A stretch of DNA of 64,000 nucleotides from a virus (lineage: Duplodnaviria > Caudoviricetes): the IMG/VR virus record IMGVR_UViG_2627854274_000001, positions 1,087 to 65,086 of that record. The stretch is one strand, 5' to 3'. A program made the position numbers and the translations under genes. Each line of letters starts with the position of its first letter. Position 1 is the first letter of the stretch. The notes under the pieces were generated by a model. The model was given only the letters and a program-made list of their open reading frames with translations. It had not been told where the DNA came from and made no database searches. Shown one piece after another: positions 35,216-45,200 of this stretch.

Positions 35216-36315
35216 TGGCCGATAGCGCGTTGGCTGCCGTTCAGGCGTTGGATGACCAGCGGTTGAAGCTGGTTGACGAGTTCGTCCGCAGGGCTTGGAA
35301 CATGTGGCGTAGCCTGACTCCTTCCGACTGGTGGAATGATGCGGTGGCCGAGGGGGCGGCTGCTTATGTGACGCAGCAGCATATCGCGTTCGTGAAGGCT
35401 ATGCGCCAGCAGGGCATCTCGTATGCGGATACGATGCTGCGTCTGGCCGGTGTGAACGGTTTGGGGGATGTCCCACAATATGAGGTTGTTCGCGCCAATA
35501 CGGACCCGTGGCAGGTCGCCATGAGGGTCGCGGACGAGTATCGCACTCAGGCCGTGAAGAATCCTGAGATTCGACCTGCTACGTGGGATGAGATTCTGAA
35601 GGACGCCGACCAGTCCGCCGCCAACCATGTGAAGGCTTGGCTGATGGCCGCGAAAATCCAGTTGGAGAACAATGCGGTCACTGACGGCTATGTTGCTCAG
35701 AATCGTGCCATACAGTCGCGTTACAGGAGTTCCGGCGTCGAACGGTATCGGCGTGTGATTCATCCCGAACTGTCGAAGACGGGTTCGTGTGGTTTGTGTG
35801 TCGTGGCCGCTACCAACACGTTCACGAAGGCTGATTTGATGCCCATGCACAACAGATGCAAGTGCACAATTTCTCCGATTACCGCATCGAATGACCCCGG
35901 GTTGAAATTGAACTCGGATGATCTGATGACGATATACAAGGCCGCTGGCAAAACGTCGGGCCGTGATTATTCCACGAGCGCGACGGATTTGACGAAGCTT
36001 CGCGTGAAGGTCGTCAACAATAGCGAGCTTGGGCCTGTGCTGCTTCGCAAGGATGCTCCGGTGAATGGGAACGCGCCGGAATGGCATCTGCCAGACATGA
36101 AGATGACCAGTGCGCAGATGGAGCGCATGTTCGCCCGTGCGACCGAGTTCAACGCCCGGTACAAGGAATTGCTGGATGGTGACAAGGATTCGGTTCAATT
36201 CCGTTTCGATGGGCGTTCGTATGAGTTCAAAAAGACAGTCCACACTAAGCAGGCTTGGCAGTACGTGCGGAGCCTGTTGGCTTATTCTCGCGGTTTTTTG
36301 GGACTGGCCGCTTAA
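35215..36315 (+). CDS. Minor capsid / MuF-like protein
   Basis: YRRV...CGLC...HNRCKC. Confidence 0.8.
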   Translation: MADSALAAVQALDDQRLKLVDEFVRRAWNMWRSLTPSDWWNDAVAEGAAAYVTQQHIAFVKAMRQQGISYADTMLRLAGVNGLGDVPQYEVVRANTDPWQVAMRVADEYRTQAVKNPEIRPATWDEILKDADQSAANHVKAWLMAAKIQLENNAVTDGYVAQNRAIQSRYRSSGVERYRRVIHPELSKTGSCGLCVVAATNTFTKADLMPMHNRCKCTISPITASNDPGLKLNSDDLMTIYKAAGKTSGRDYSTSATDLTKLRVKVVNNSELGPVLLRKDAPVNGNAPEWHLPDMKMTSAQMERMFARATEFNARYKELLDGDKDSVQFRFDGRSYEFKKTVHTKQAWQYVRSLLAYSRGFLGLAA

Positions 36316-36336
36316 ACATTAAGGAGATTGGGTCTT

Positions 36337-36921
36337 ATGGCCTCTCAGGATAATGAAGTCGAATCCGAAAAGGACAAGACTGTTGGTCAGGCCGGAACGG
36401 TCGAGGATGCCGTGGAGGATGCTCGGACCACTCCGGTTGACGAACCCGCCGTTGAGCATGACGCTCCGGCTGATGATAAGGGTTCCGATGATTCTTCCAA
36501 GCCGTCCGATGGTGACGAGCTTGCCAAATGGAAGGCTATGAGCCGTAAGAACGAAGACCGTGCTTCGGCCAATTACAAGGCTTTCCAGTCCGCCGATGCG
36601 GAGCTTAAGGCCGCGAAGACGCAGATTGCGCGTCTTGAGGCCAAGGCTAAGTATCCGCAGATCACGGACGCTGTTCTTTCCGACCTCTGCCCCGCAACGG
36701 AGCCGGAGGCCATCGCGTCGTGGGCTGAGAAGTATGCGGCGTACAACCCGATTGACACTTCCAAGGTGGAGAGGAAACCGCAGCAGACCGAGGATGCTTT
36801 GGCCCGCAAGGTAGCCATGCAGGCCGAGTTCCCGTCCGGCACCTCGCATCCGAAACGTCAGCCGGGCGACGCTTACAAGCGTGTGATGGAACGTCAGAAG
36901 GCACGTAAGCGCAGCAAGTAG
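36337..36921 (+). CDS. Capsid scaffolding protein
   Basis: Acidic N-terminus; KWKAMSRKNEDRA. Confidence 0.8.
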   Translation: MASQDNEVESEKDKTVGQAGTVEDAVEDARTTPVDEPAVEHDAPADDKGSDDSSKPSDGDELAKWKAMSRKNEDRASANYKAFQSADAELKAAKTQIARLEAKAKYPQITDAVLSDLCPATEPEAIASWAEKYAAYNPIDTSKVERKPQQTEDALARKVAMQAEFPSGTSHPKRQPGDAYKRVMERQKARKRSK

Positions 36922-36953
36922 TTTCCTACTGATTCTTTGAAAGGATTGAGCGT

Positions 36954-37538
36954 ATGACTCAAGAGATGGTTCATTCCTCCGGTATCGTCACCGTTGAGGA
37001 GGACAATTCCTGGCGTCATGGCGAGAAGAACACCAATGATTCGGTGTCCGTCACCATCGTGCCTGAATTGTTCAAGACCACTGACAACAAGTATCTGACC
37101 GGTGTGGGTCCGAAGGCCACGACCGTTTACATTCGTTCCGGCATTCCGCTGGCGAAGATCACTTCCGGCGCGAACGTCGGCTCGTATGGTCCGTATGACA
37201 AGCAGGCCACCGATGGCCGTCAGACCAAGATCGCAGGTCTGCTTGAATCCATGGTGGCCGTGAACATCAACCTGTCCGGCTGGGATGTGGACGACCCGAC
37301 CGTGGGCATGACCTATCGTGGCGACATCGTGGCCTCGAATCTTCCGGTGAAGCCGGAGTCCGGTGCTGTGTGGGACGGCGAGTTCTACGACGTTGAGGAT
37401 GACGTTGTGAAGCCGTTGTCCGTTTCGACCGGCGTGACCATCACCGCGATCAAGCTGACCAAGGATGGCACCAATGCCATCACCGGTGGCACAGCCACCC
37501 TCTCCAACGGTAAGACCGTGAACATCACAGTTTCCTGA
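36954..37538 (+). CDS. Head decoration protein
   Basis: IRSGIPLAKI...YGPYD...DGR; precedes capsid gene. Confidence 0.75.
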   Translation: MTQEMVHSSGIVTVEEDNSWRHGEKNTNDSVSVTIVPELFKTTDNKYLTGVGPKATTVYIRSGIPLAKITSGANVGSYGPYDKQATDGRQTKIAGLLESMVAVNINLSGWDVDDPTVGMTYRGDIVASNLPVKPESGAVWDGEFYDVEDDVVKPLSVSTGVTITAIKLTKDGTNAITGGTATLSNGKTVNITVS

Positions 37539-37569
37539 TTGACGGTCTTTTACTTCTAAACATTTTGTG

Positions 37570-37595
37570 AAACCCACCCATCGCGGTGGGTTTTT
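37570..37595 (+). terminator. Intrinsic terminator-like hairpin
   Basis: AAACCCACC/GGTGGGTTT followed by T tract. Confidence 0.6.
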
Positions 37596-37615
37596 GCGTA
37601 TCTAAGGAGTTTTTC

Positions 37616-38680
37616 TTGGCTATTGACAAGACTATCATCCCGCCATCCGAGGCGACCGAGGTCGCTCAGGCGGGACATGACTATGTGAACGGCATCCTTC
37701 CATTGTCGAACATCTTCCCGGTCACCTCCAACGGTGGCGACTGGACCGCTTCGTGGACTCCGGTCATTCCGAAGTCGAAGACCCGTGCGATGAAGCATCG
37801 TGCGTTGGATGCCGAGATCGGGCACACCAAGTCCGAGACCTCGACCGCTGAGATTCATACCGGACTGTTGCCGTTGTCCGGCATGGACCATATCTCCGAG
37901 CGTGATATCGCCAAGCATCAGGACGATACCGCCTATATCCACGATCAGGCCGAGGCGAAGTTCGAGGCTCTGGGCCAGCAGGCTGGTGTGACCGAGGAGT
38001 TGGAGCGTTTGCAGTGCTTGGTGACCGGCAAGGTGGTCATCAAGGAGAACGGCGTCAATATGACGTATTCGTTCCAGCGTCCGGGCAACCAGCAGAATGT
38101 GAAGCCTACCACCACTTGGGATAACGACAAGTCGAATCCGTGCGACGACATCGAAGCCTGGGTGAAGATCATGCGCAAGGCTTACGGTCGTAAGCCGCAC
38201 GCCGTCGCCACCACCGGTGTGGTCATCGATGCCATGCGTACCAACGAGTTCTTCCGTACGCAGGTGTCCGGCATGGATTTGGAGCATTCGAAGACCAAGC
38301 TGTCCCGTCAGGAGGTGTTGGACGTGCTTCGTGCGCAGTCCGGCATCACCGACGTGCTTCTGGTCGATGAGGCTTACGAGGATTTGAAGCTCGACAACAC
38401 CTTCGACATGGATGCCGATGTTTCCGCCGCGTTCCCGGACAAGACCTTCATCCTGCTTCCGTCGTTCAACGATTCGTCTCTTGGCGCTACCCTGTCCGGT
38501 CCTACCGCAGAGGCCCAGAACTCCGAGTACGAGATCAACAAGAGCGTGAACGATGGTCTTATCGGCGCTATGTTGTCGCATCAGGCTCCGTTGAACTACG
38601 ACATTTGGGTCAACGGCAATTATCTGCCGATTCTGAAGGAGGCCGTCTCGACCTTCAAGGCGGACGTGCTGGGCGAGTAG
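37616..38680 (+). CDS. Major capsid protein (lambda E-like)
   Basis: AAGGAG RBS, TTG start; LSNIFP...R.LDAE; LVTGKVVI...TTW. Confidence 0.88.
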   Translation: MAIDKTIIPPSEATEVAQAGHDYVNGILPLSNIFPVTSNGGDWTASWTPVIPKSKTRAMKHRALDAEIGHTKSETSTAEIHTGLLPLSGMDHISERDIAKHQDDTAYIHDQAEAKFEALGQQAGVTEELERLQCLVTGKVVIKENGVNMTYSFQRPGNQQNVKPTTTWDNDKSNPCDDIEAWVKIMRKAYGRKPHAVATTGVVIDAMRTNEFFRTQVSGMDLEHSKTKLSRQEVLDVLRAQSGITDVLLVDEAYEDLKLDNTFDMDADVSAAFPDKTFILLPSFNDSSLGATLSGPTAEAQNSEYEINKSVNDGLIGAMLSHQAPLNYDIWVNGNYLPILKEAVSTFKADVLGE

Positions 38681-38708
38681 CCTTCTTGAAGCTTAGGGGG
38701 TTTCGCTG

Positions 38709-39143
38709 ATGTCGAATGGTGTTACCGATGCCGTCGATTGGGTGGAATGCTTGGAGCTTCATTGCCTTCCCGACGCCGACGTGTTGAAACGGTATCCGAA
38801 CGCTTGGCTCACGTACATGTGCCATCGTGCGGAGACCGTGGCGTCCACTTCGAGCACGAACTGCTTGCCACGGTTGAAGTCCGGCGACCTTGACCTTGAG
38901 GATTACGAGTTCGTCATCTGTTCGATGGTGTGGCGCGTCATCCGCTATTCGGATATCAAGACCGAATCGAACGGCACGTACCAGTTCACGCGTTTCGACC
39001 CGCAGGACAATCCGCCAGGCAAGGATGCGTCGCCGAATCTGTATCTGTCGAAAAGGGAGAAGCAGATTCTTGACGGCTATGCGAATGGGCGCGGGCCTAT
39101 CGGAACCGTTGGCGTCGGCGTGAACCGTATCTATGGAATGTGA
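38709..39143 (+). CDS. Head-to-tail adaptor
   Basis: VICSMVWRVIR...E.NGTY...LYLSKRE. Confidence 0.75.
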   Translation: MSNGVTDAVDWVECLELHCLPDADVLKRYPNAWLTYMCHRAETVASTSSTNCLPRLKSGDLDLEDYEFVICSMVWRVIRYSDIKTESNGTYQFTRFDPQDNPPGKDASPNLYLSKREKQILDGYANGRGPIGTVGVGVNRIYGM

Positions 39144-39700
39144 TGCCTATGTCTCGTGAAACATGGGATTTGGGGCATCCTTACGATAAGTCCGGCTCCG
39201 ATGCCGTTGTGGAGCATCCTTACAAGGATGTCACGGTTCCTTGGGTGAAGCCTGATTCGATTCTGTATCGGGACAAGGTGATCGTCGTGTTGTACACGGT
39301 CCGTCGTGGGCCTCATGGCACGACGTATGTGCCCGGCAAGGCTTACTGGTGCTGGTGTTCCATCGAGGGCCGCGAGCAGCAGGCCGGCATGTTTTCCATT
39401 TCCGGTGCCGAGGATAAGTCGCCGCAGACTTGGGGTGGTTTGCGTGAGGTCACGCCGTCTCAGGTCGCTGCCGTGGAATGGCATGGCGATATCCATACGG
39501 AGGTCTGGTATCAGGGCGACTGCTACGACGTTGACGGCGCTCCGACGTTCCGTCAGCATGGCGAGGTTCCACACTATGAGATGCATATTCGGCGTAACGC
39601 CGACTATTCGCAGATTCCTGTGGGGTTGCGTCCGAAGCCTCCCGCACCGGACCCTGACGACCATGTGTGGGGTGAGGCCGATGGCAAGAGTTTTCATTGA
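39140..39700 (+). CDS. Head-closure (stopper) protein
   Basis: Position; WYQGDCYDVDGAP...HYE. Confidence 0.65.
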   Translation: MMPMSRETWDLGHPYDKSGSDAVVEHPYKDVTVPWVKPDSILYRDKVIVVLYTVRRGPHGTTYVPGKAYWCWCSIEGREQQAGMFSISGAEDKSPQTWGGLREVTPSQVAAVEWHGDIHTEVWYQGDCYDVDGAPTFRQHGEVPHYEMHIRRNADYSQIPVGLRPKPPAPDPDDHVWGEADGKSFH

Positions 39701-40022
39701 CCGTGATCTGAGCACGAAGGTGGCCGAATGGTTCGGCCCGCAGGCCACGTCGGAGAAGGCCGACGAGGTGCTTGCGGATGCGAGGATGCTTGCAACCGCG
39801 CGCGCCGAGGGCCGCGACCCGGGTATTCCGGTCGCGAAGGACCTGAGTCTTGAGAAGCGTTACCACGGCATCGACACCGACGTGTGCCTTGACGTGGAGG
39901 GGCGTGACGGGTCGAATGTGGCCGTCGAGCATGAGTGGGGCGCATGGAACGTGCAGCGCCGCCATTGGGTCGAGGGCCATCATGTGATGCGTGACGCGGC
40001 CCGTATGAACGGTGGTGTCTGA
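39681..40022 (+). CDS. Neck protein (HK97 gp10-like)
   Basis: VAVEHEWG...G.HVMRDAA. Confidence 0.65.
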   Translation: MARVFIDRDLSTKVAEWFGPQATSEKADEVLADARMLATARAEGRDPGIPVAKDLSLEKRYHGIDTDVCLDVEGRDGSNVAVEHEWGAWNVQRRHWVEGHHVMRDAARMNGGV

Positions 40023-40513
40023 TGCCGCTGATTCAGCCTGATTACGAGCGTTACCCGCAGGAGCGTCCGATGGTTGACTTCGATTCGCTCGTGTACACGC
40101 TTCTGACCGCTGGTTTCACTGACAATGCGCATTGGCCTGACGTGCATGTGCTCAACGAGGTCGATGTGGATGTCGATGCGTGGGCCTCGTTCTCGAACAT
40201 CGTGTTGTTCCATTCGAACGCTCCGACCATGGCTACCGGCAATCATTCGACCGGCGTGTGGGATTGCGATATCGACATCATCGTCGCCACGAACGACGCC
40301 GACCGCTCTTTCGGCTTGGCGCAGGAAGTGTACCAGCAGATCATGCAGTGGCCGCGTTACGGACGTACCGATTATGGCCGTGTGATTCGGATTGTCGGCA
40401 ATCCCGGTTTTGGCAAGAGCGCCGGTGGCAAGCAGGCCACGGGCAAGAAGGTGAAGCAGTATTCCGCTTCCTCGTTCACCGTCCGCGCGGAGGATTCGCT
40501 TCGCGTTGGATGA
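40022..40513 (+). CDS. Tail terminator protein
   Basis: Position before the major tail gene; 163 aa. Confidence 0.65.
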   Translation: MPLIQPDYERYPQERPMVDFDSLVYTLLTAGFTDNAHWPDVHVLNEVDVDVDAWASFSNIVLFHSNAPTMATGNHSTGVWDCDIDIIVATNDADRSFGLAQEVYQQIMQWPRYGRTDYGRVIRIVGNPGFGKSAGGKQATGKKVKQYSASSFTVRAEDSLRVG

Positions 40514-40533
40514 TTTTCCGTTTTTTCGTTTTC

Positions 40534-40560
40534 AAGCCTCGCCATGTGCGGGGCTTTTTT
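40534..40560 (+). terminator. Intrinsic terminator-like hairpin
   Basis: AAGCCTCGC/GCGGGGCTT followed by T tract. Confidence 0.6.
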
Positions 40561-40575
40561 GTAAGGAGATATGAG

Positions 40576-41172
40576 ATGGCGTTTAATGACGACGCTACTT
40601 TGATTGCCACTTACGGCACTTTGTTCTACGCTCCGGTCGGAACCGCTCTCCCGGCTAACGGCGCTAAGGCGTTCAAGTTGAACTCGGACACCATTCCAGC
40701 AGAGGGCAGTGGTGGTGGCGCTTGGAAGAATCTGGGGCATACTTCCGCCGACAACAAGATTTCGTTCTCGTTCGATGGCGGCGACGCGACCACGCATAAT
40801 TCGTGGGCACGTAAGAACCTGCGTACCACTTACGCCGATTCGACCTGCACCATCACCGCGAAATCGTTGCAGTTGGATGGCGACACTCTGAAGCTGATCT
40901 ACAACGGCAATGACGAGGATGGCGGCGTCGGCGTGGGCATCACCAAGAAGCCGCAGACGTTCAGCCTGTTCCTGTTGGCTCAGGAGTCCGCCGATGATGA
41001 TTCGGACATCCGTTTCGGCGCTTTGTTCCGCAAGGTTTCCGTGACCTTCGATGGCGGTCCTGATTTCTCTGGCGATGATTTCGTCGAGCAGGGCATGACC
41101 GGCGAGGTGGAGACCGTCGCCGGCAAGAAGCCGATTGTGTTCTTCGAGGCTTCGAAGATGAAGCAGTCCTGA
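40576..41172 (+). CDS. Major tail protein
   Basis: FYAPVGT...WKNLGHTS...GGD...SW...LR motif of actinophage tail tube proteins. Confidence 0.9.
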   Translation: MAFNDDATLIATYGTLFYAPVGTALPANGAKAFKLNSDTIPAEGSGGGAWKNLGHTSADNKISFSFDGGDATTHNSWARKNLRTTYADSTCTITAKSLQLDGDTLKLIYNGNDEDGGVGVGITKKPQTFSLFLLAQESADDDSDIRFGALFRKVSVTFDGGPDFSGDDFVEQGMTGEVETVAGKKPIVFFEASKMKQS

Positions 41173-41297
41173 TCGAGGCTGTTTCCTCTTCGCTCTGACG
41201 CCGGACCCCTGTTTCTCCTATCCGGGGGTTCCGGTCCTTTCCCGTTCTTCGTTGACGGAAGATAGGAGATTTTCAATGCTTTCAGATAGGAGAAAAC

Positions 41298-41750
41298 ATG
41301 GTTGACGAGACCGTTGAAGAGAATACCGCCACCGGGTCCGATGATTTCCGTATCCCGGAGACTTGGACGGAACTGTGCGAGAACGAGCCGCTGTTCTCGC
41401 TTCTGCCGCCTCTGGCCCCTGCTGAACGCCTCTCGTTCAAGCAGGCCGCACAACTGCGCAAACTGTCCGGCATGGCCGGTTTCACGCTCAACGCCGACAT
41501 CAACGGCCCCGAAGCCAAGTCCTTGGACGACATCGAGGCGAAGATCGACGAGCGTATGGAGTTCGTCGGCACGGCTTTGGATTGGGTCAAGTCGCTGACC
41601 GACGAGCCGGACAAGGTTGACGAGTGGACGACCGGCATCGGATTGGATGAACTGTTCTGGCTCATCGAGGCGATTCTCATGTTCTACACGGACCAACTGG
41701 GAAAATCGCTCGCTTCGAAGCGCAAGTCCGCGTCCACCCGGTCGAACTGA
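41298..41750 (+). CDS. Tail assembly chaperone (G)
   Basis: Between major tail and tape measure genes; contains slippery site. Confidence 0.85.
   Translation: MVDETVEENTATGSDDFRIPETWTELCENEPLFSLLPPLAPAERLSFKQAAQLRKLSGMAGFTLNADINGPEAKSLDDIEAKIDERMEFVGTALDWVKSLTDEPDKVDEWTTGIGLDELFWLIEAILMFYTDQLGKSLASKRKSASTRSN
41699..41705 (+). other. Programmed -1 frameshift site G GGA AAA giving a GT fusion ending at 42139
   Basis: X XXY YYZ heptamer in the correct frame; the -1 frame is open (GKIARFEAQV...LMAMPDSLYRAR) to 42139. Confidence 0.9.
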
Positions 41751-42139
41751 CCTCCGACTTCCAACGTTTCTATGGTCTGGACATAACCGGCGCGAGACTG
41801 AATCCCACCCGCGCCGAACGCCTCACGGCGGGGCTGATGGCAATGCCTGACAGCCTGTACAGGGCACGGATATTGGAAGACGAGCCTCCAACCACGTCCG
41901 ATGAATCCAAGACAGACAAGCCGACCGTACTGCCATGGCTTGGATGGGATTCGAAGACGATGGTCGCCGTTGAGGTTCGCAACATGATGAACGCGGTGAT
42001 TACCGCGAAATACGGGGGCAAGAATGCCAGACCGCATCCACTGCTCCCTCCCGGCGCTGACAAGGAGCCGCCTCGCCGGGAGAACGAAGGTACAGCGGAG
42101 AACTTCGAACGCATGTTCACGAAGTTCCACATGACCTGA
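41699..42139 (+). CDS. Tail assembly chaperone, frameshifted T portion
   Basis: -1 frame continuous with ORF 41837..42139. Confidence 0.85.
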   Translation, partial: GKIARFEAQVRVHPVELTSDFQRFYGLDITGARLNPTRAERLTAGLMAMPDSLYRARILEDEPPTTSDESKTDKPTVLPWLGWDSKTMVAVEVRNMMNAVITAKYGGKNARPHPLLPPGADKEPPRRENEGTAENFERMFTKFHMT

Positions 42140-42147
42140 TTCTGAAC

Positions 42148-42180
42148 AAACCCCCACATTCCAGTGGGGGTTTTCTATTT
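42148..42180 (+). terminator. Intrinsic terminator-like hairpin
   Basis: AAACCCCCAC/GTGGGGGTTT. Confidence 0.55.
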
Positions 42181-42205
42181 CCGTCTTTCTTTCTGGGGGT
42201 TGCCT

Positions 42206-45200
42206 ATGGCTGGCGAGCATCGCGCCGGTACGGTCGTCGTTCGTGTCACTGCGGATACGAAGGGTTTCCGCCGTCAGGTCGAGGAGGCCGCACGCGGCAT
42301 AGGCGACCTCGACGTGAACGCGGCATTCGAACCTGACACCGCCCAGCTTGAACGCGCCTACCGCGAATGGAACGGCAAGAACGCCTCCATACAATTCAAT
42401 TTCAAACCCAATACGAAGAGCATCGACCCGTGGATGAAACGGTTCGAACAGCAGGAGGAACGCCTTCGACGCGGCCTCACGCTCAAACCGGACTTCGATC
42501 CGTCCAAATTGAGCCGTGGCCTGTCCGAGTTCAATTCCCGCACCAACACGGCCCTCCGTGGCAACGGACTGCTGAACTCGAAGCTGATCGAAAAGAACCT
42601 CGACCAGACCGTCAAGGCGTTCGACGCCAAAGGCCGCGAGCTGGCCGACACATCCTTCTTCAAGAAGTCGGCCCTCCAAAAAACCGAACAGCTTTCGTTC
42701 GCGACAAGCCTCGACAAGACCGTCGATAAGTACCGCGAGAAGAAGATGGACCTGTACCAGCAGGTCCGTGGACTCATCAAAGGCAACGAACACCTCTCCA
42801 ACGAGCAGATACGCCAATTCGAGAAACTGTCCAACCGAATCGTCAAAACCCGCAACGACATTCGCGGACTGAAAGGCGACCTCGCCAAGGCCACCCGCGA
42901 AGTCGAACGCCTCGACGCGCAACGCCTTGAGATGAAGACGAAGAAGCTCCCGACATCCGACCTGTGGAAACAGGAACGCGAAGCCGCGAAGCAGGCCACA
43001 GCAGCCAACAAGGCGCTCGCCGTTCAGGAGAAGGAGCTTGGCAGGCTCCGTAAGGCGCAGTCGTCGCTTGTGGACATCGCGTCCGATGGTGATGCGAAGC
43101 GTGTATCGAAGATGACCCGTCAGGTGCGTGCCCTTGAGGAGAGCATCGTCACCGCTGGCAATTCGCTGTCGAACTTCTCCAAGGCCCGTGACACGGCTTT
43201 GGGGCTGCATCAGAAGCAGGAGACGTATGCCGACTGGTTCAAGGGCCAGCAGGTCGCGTCGTCGCGTTTCGCGAAGGAGATCGACGCGCAGCAGGCCGAG
43301 ATGGCCCGCGAGTCGAAGAAGGCTAGGGACGAGTGGTCCCGTCCGGTTGACTCCACGGCCATCGCCCGCGAGCGGTTCGCTGAGTCGCGGCGTGAGGCCG
43401 AGAACCTTATCGACACGTATCGTGGCGTGCGCAAGGAGCTTGAGTCCGACGTGTCCGCCATGAAGCGGAACAACCGGAACTGGTTCGACCTTGACGAGTA
43501 CAAGCGCACCGTCAAGATGCTTGGCGAGATCGACGACCGTATCGAGAAGCTGAAGAAGAGTCCGGTCACAAAGGCGACCCGTCTTGAGGGTTCCGATTTC
43601 CAGAAGCGTCTCGCCGACCTGTATTCGAGGAACGGCGTCCGTAATCGTGAGGATATCCGGCTTCGTTTCGTCGCGGAGAATCTGAACGAGGTCAGGTCGA
43701 AGATCGAGGCGTTCAAACGTCGCGGCGTCGATGTTCCGGTCACGTTGAAGGCCGAACTGCGGGAGATGTACCGTCAGCTGGCCTATTACCAGCGTCTTCT
43801 GAAGGATAATCCGAAGGCGCGGGTGAAGATCGATGTCGAAGGTGATTTCGCCCGCCTGAACCGTGATATCGAACGGTTCGAGACGCAGCGTGTGAAGGTC
43901 GAGTTCTATGAGGATGGCGCTGACGAGATACGCCGCACCATGCGTGAGCTTGAACATAAGAGGCTCGATGTTCCGGTCACGTTGAAGGCCGAGTATTCGA
44001 ACGTCGAAGCCGAGATGCGCCGGTATGCGGAGAAGCTGAAATCCAATCCCGATGCGGAGATTCCGGCGAAGCTCCATATCGACAAGAAGCACGCCGAGGA
44101 GGAGCTGAAGAGGTTCCAAGAAAAGAACGACACCCTTGATATGGATGTCGATCTTGAGACCGCTTTGGCCCGCGCCCATCTCGCTTACTTCACACGCCCG
44201 CGCACGATTGACATTTTCGCGGAGTTCAAAGGCACTGATCTCGGTAAGATCATGAGCGGCATGACCGCTGGTGCCACGGGTGTCCGTGGCGTGCAGAACG
44301 AGTGGCAGAAGCTCGTGAACATGTTCGACAGGTTCGATGAGGTCGTGCCGAAGTGGAGTCTGCTGGGCGCGGTGTTCGCGTCCGCTGGCGCTGGCGCGTT
44401 GAACCTGTCCCGTACCGCTGGCAGTGCCGGCGCTTCTCTGGTGATGATGAGCAAGGCGGCTTTGGCCGCTCCGGGCGCACTGTTGGGTGTGGCCGCTGCT
44501 TTCGGCGCCGGATATTCCGCTGTGAAGAATTACGCGGATTATATCGACGTGTCCACTACGAAGTTGGATGGCTTGCAAAAGAAGCTGTCCGATTCGTTCT
44601 GGTCTGAGGCGAAGCAGCCGGTCATCGACATGATGAACGCCTTGGGTGGCAACGGGTTCGTTGACGGTATGGAGAAGGTTTCTTCCGCCGAAGGCAAGAT
44701 AGCCGCGAACGCCGCGAAGATAGTCGCTCAAGGCGAATACGTGTCCCGTATCAATTCGATTCTTGGCAATACGGTCAAGGGCGTGGACGCGATTGACCCT
44801 GGCGTTCAGGCTGTCACCGCTTCCGTTGTGAGGCTTGGCGATAGTAGCAGCTCGTATCTGCCGCGCATGGCTAACTATGTGAGCCGTAACGCGACGCTGA
44901 TGGCGCAGTGGGTCGATGAGGCGGAGCGTACCGGCAAGGTCACCCAGGCCATGGAGAAGGCCATCGAGCAGGGTGGCTATCTCATGTCGAGCGTCAAGTC
45001 GGCTGGTGGCATCCTCAAGGGCACGTTCGGCACGTTGGCCGAGGGCGAGAATGGCATCGAGAAGTTCTCCGACGCTTTGAGTCGTGCAGACAGGGCCGTG
45101 AACGGCGTGAAGTTCCAAGCCACGTTGGCCGCGTGGGCCGATGGTGCGAAGCAGGCTTCGGGCAAGTTCCATGATTCGTTCCGTGAGGTTGGCGACGCTG

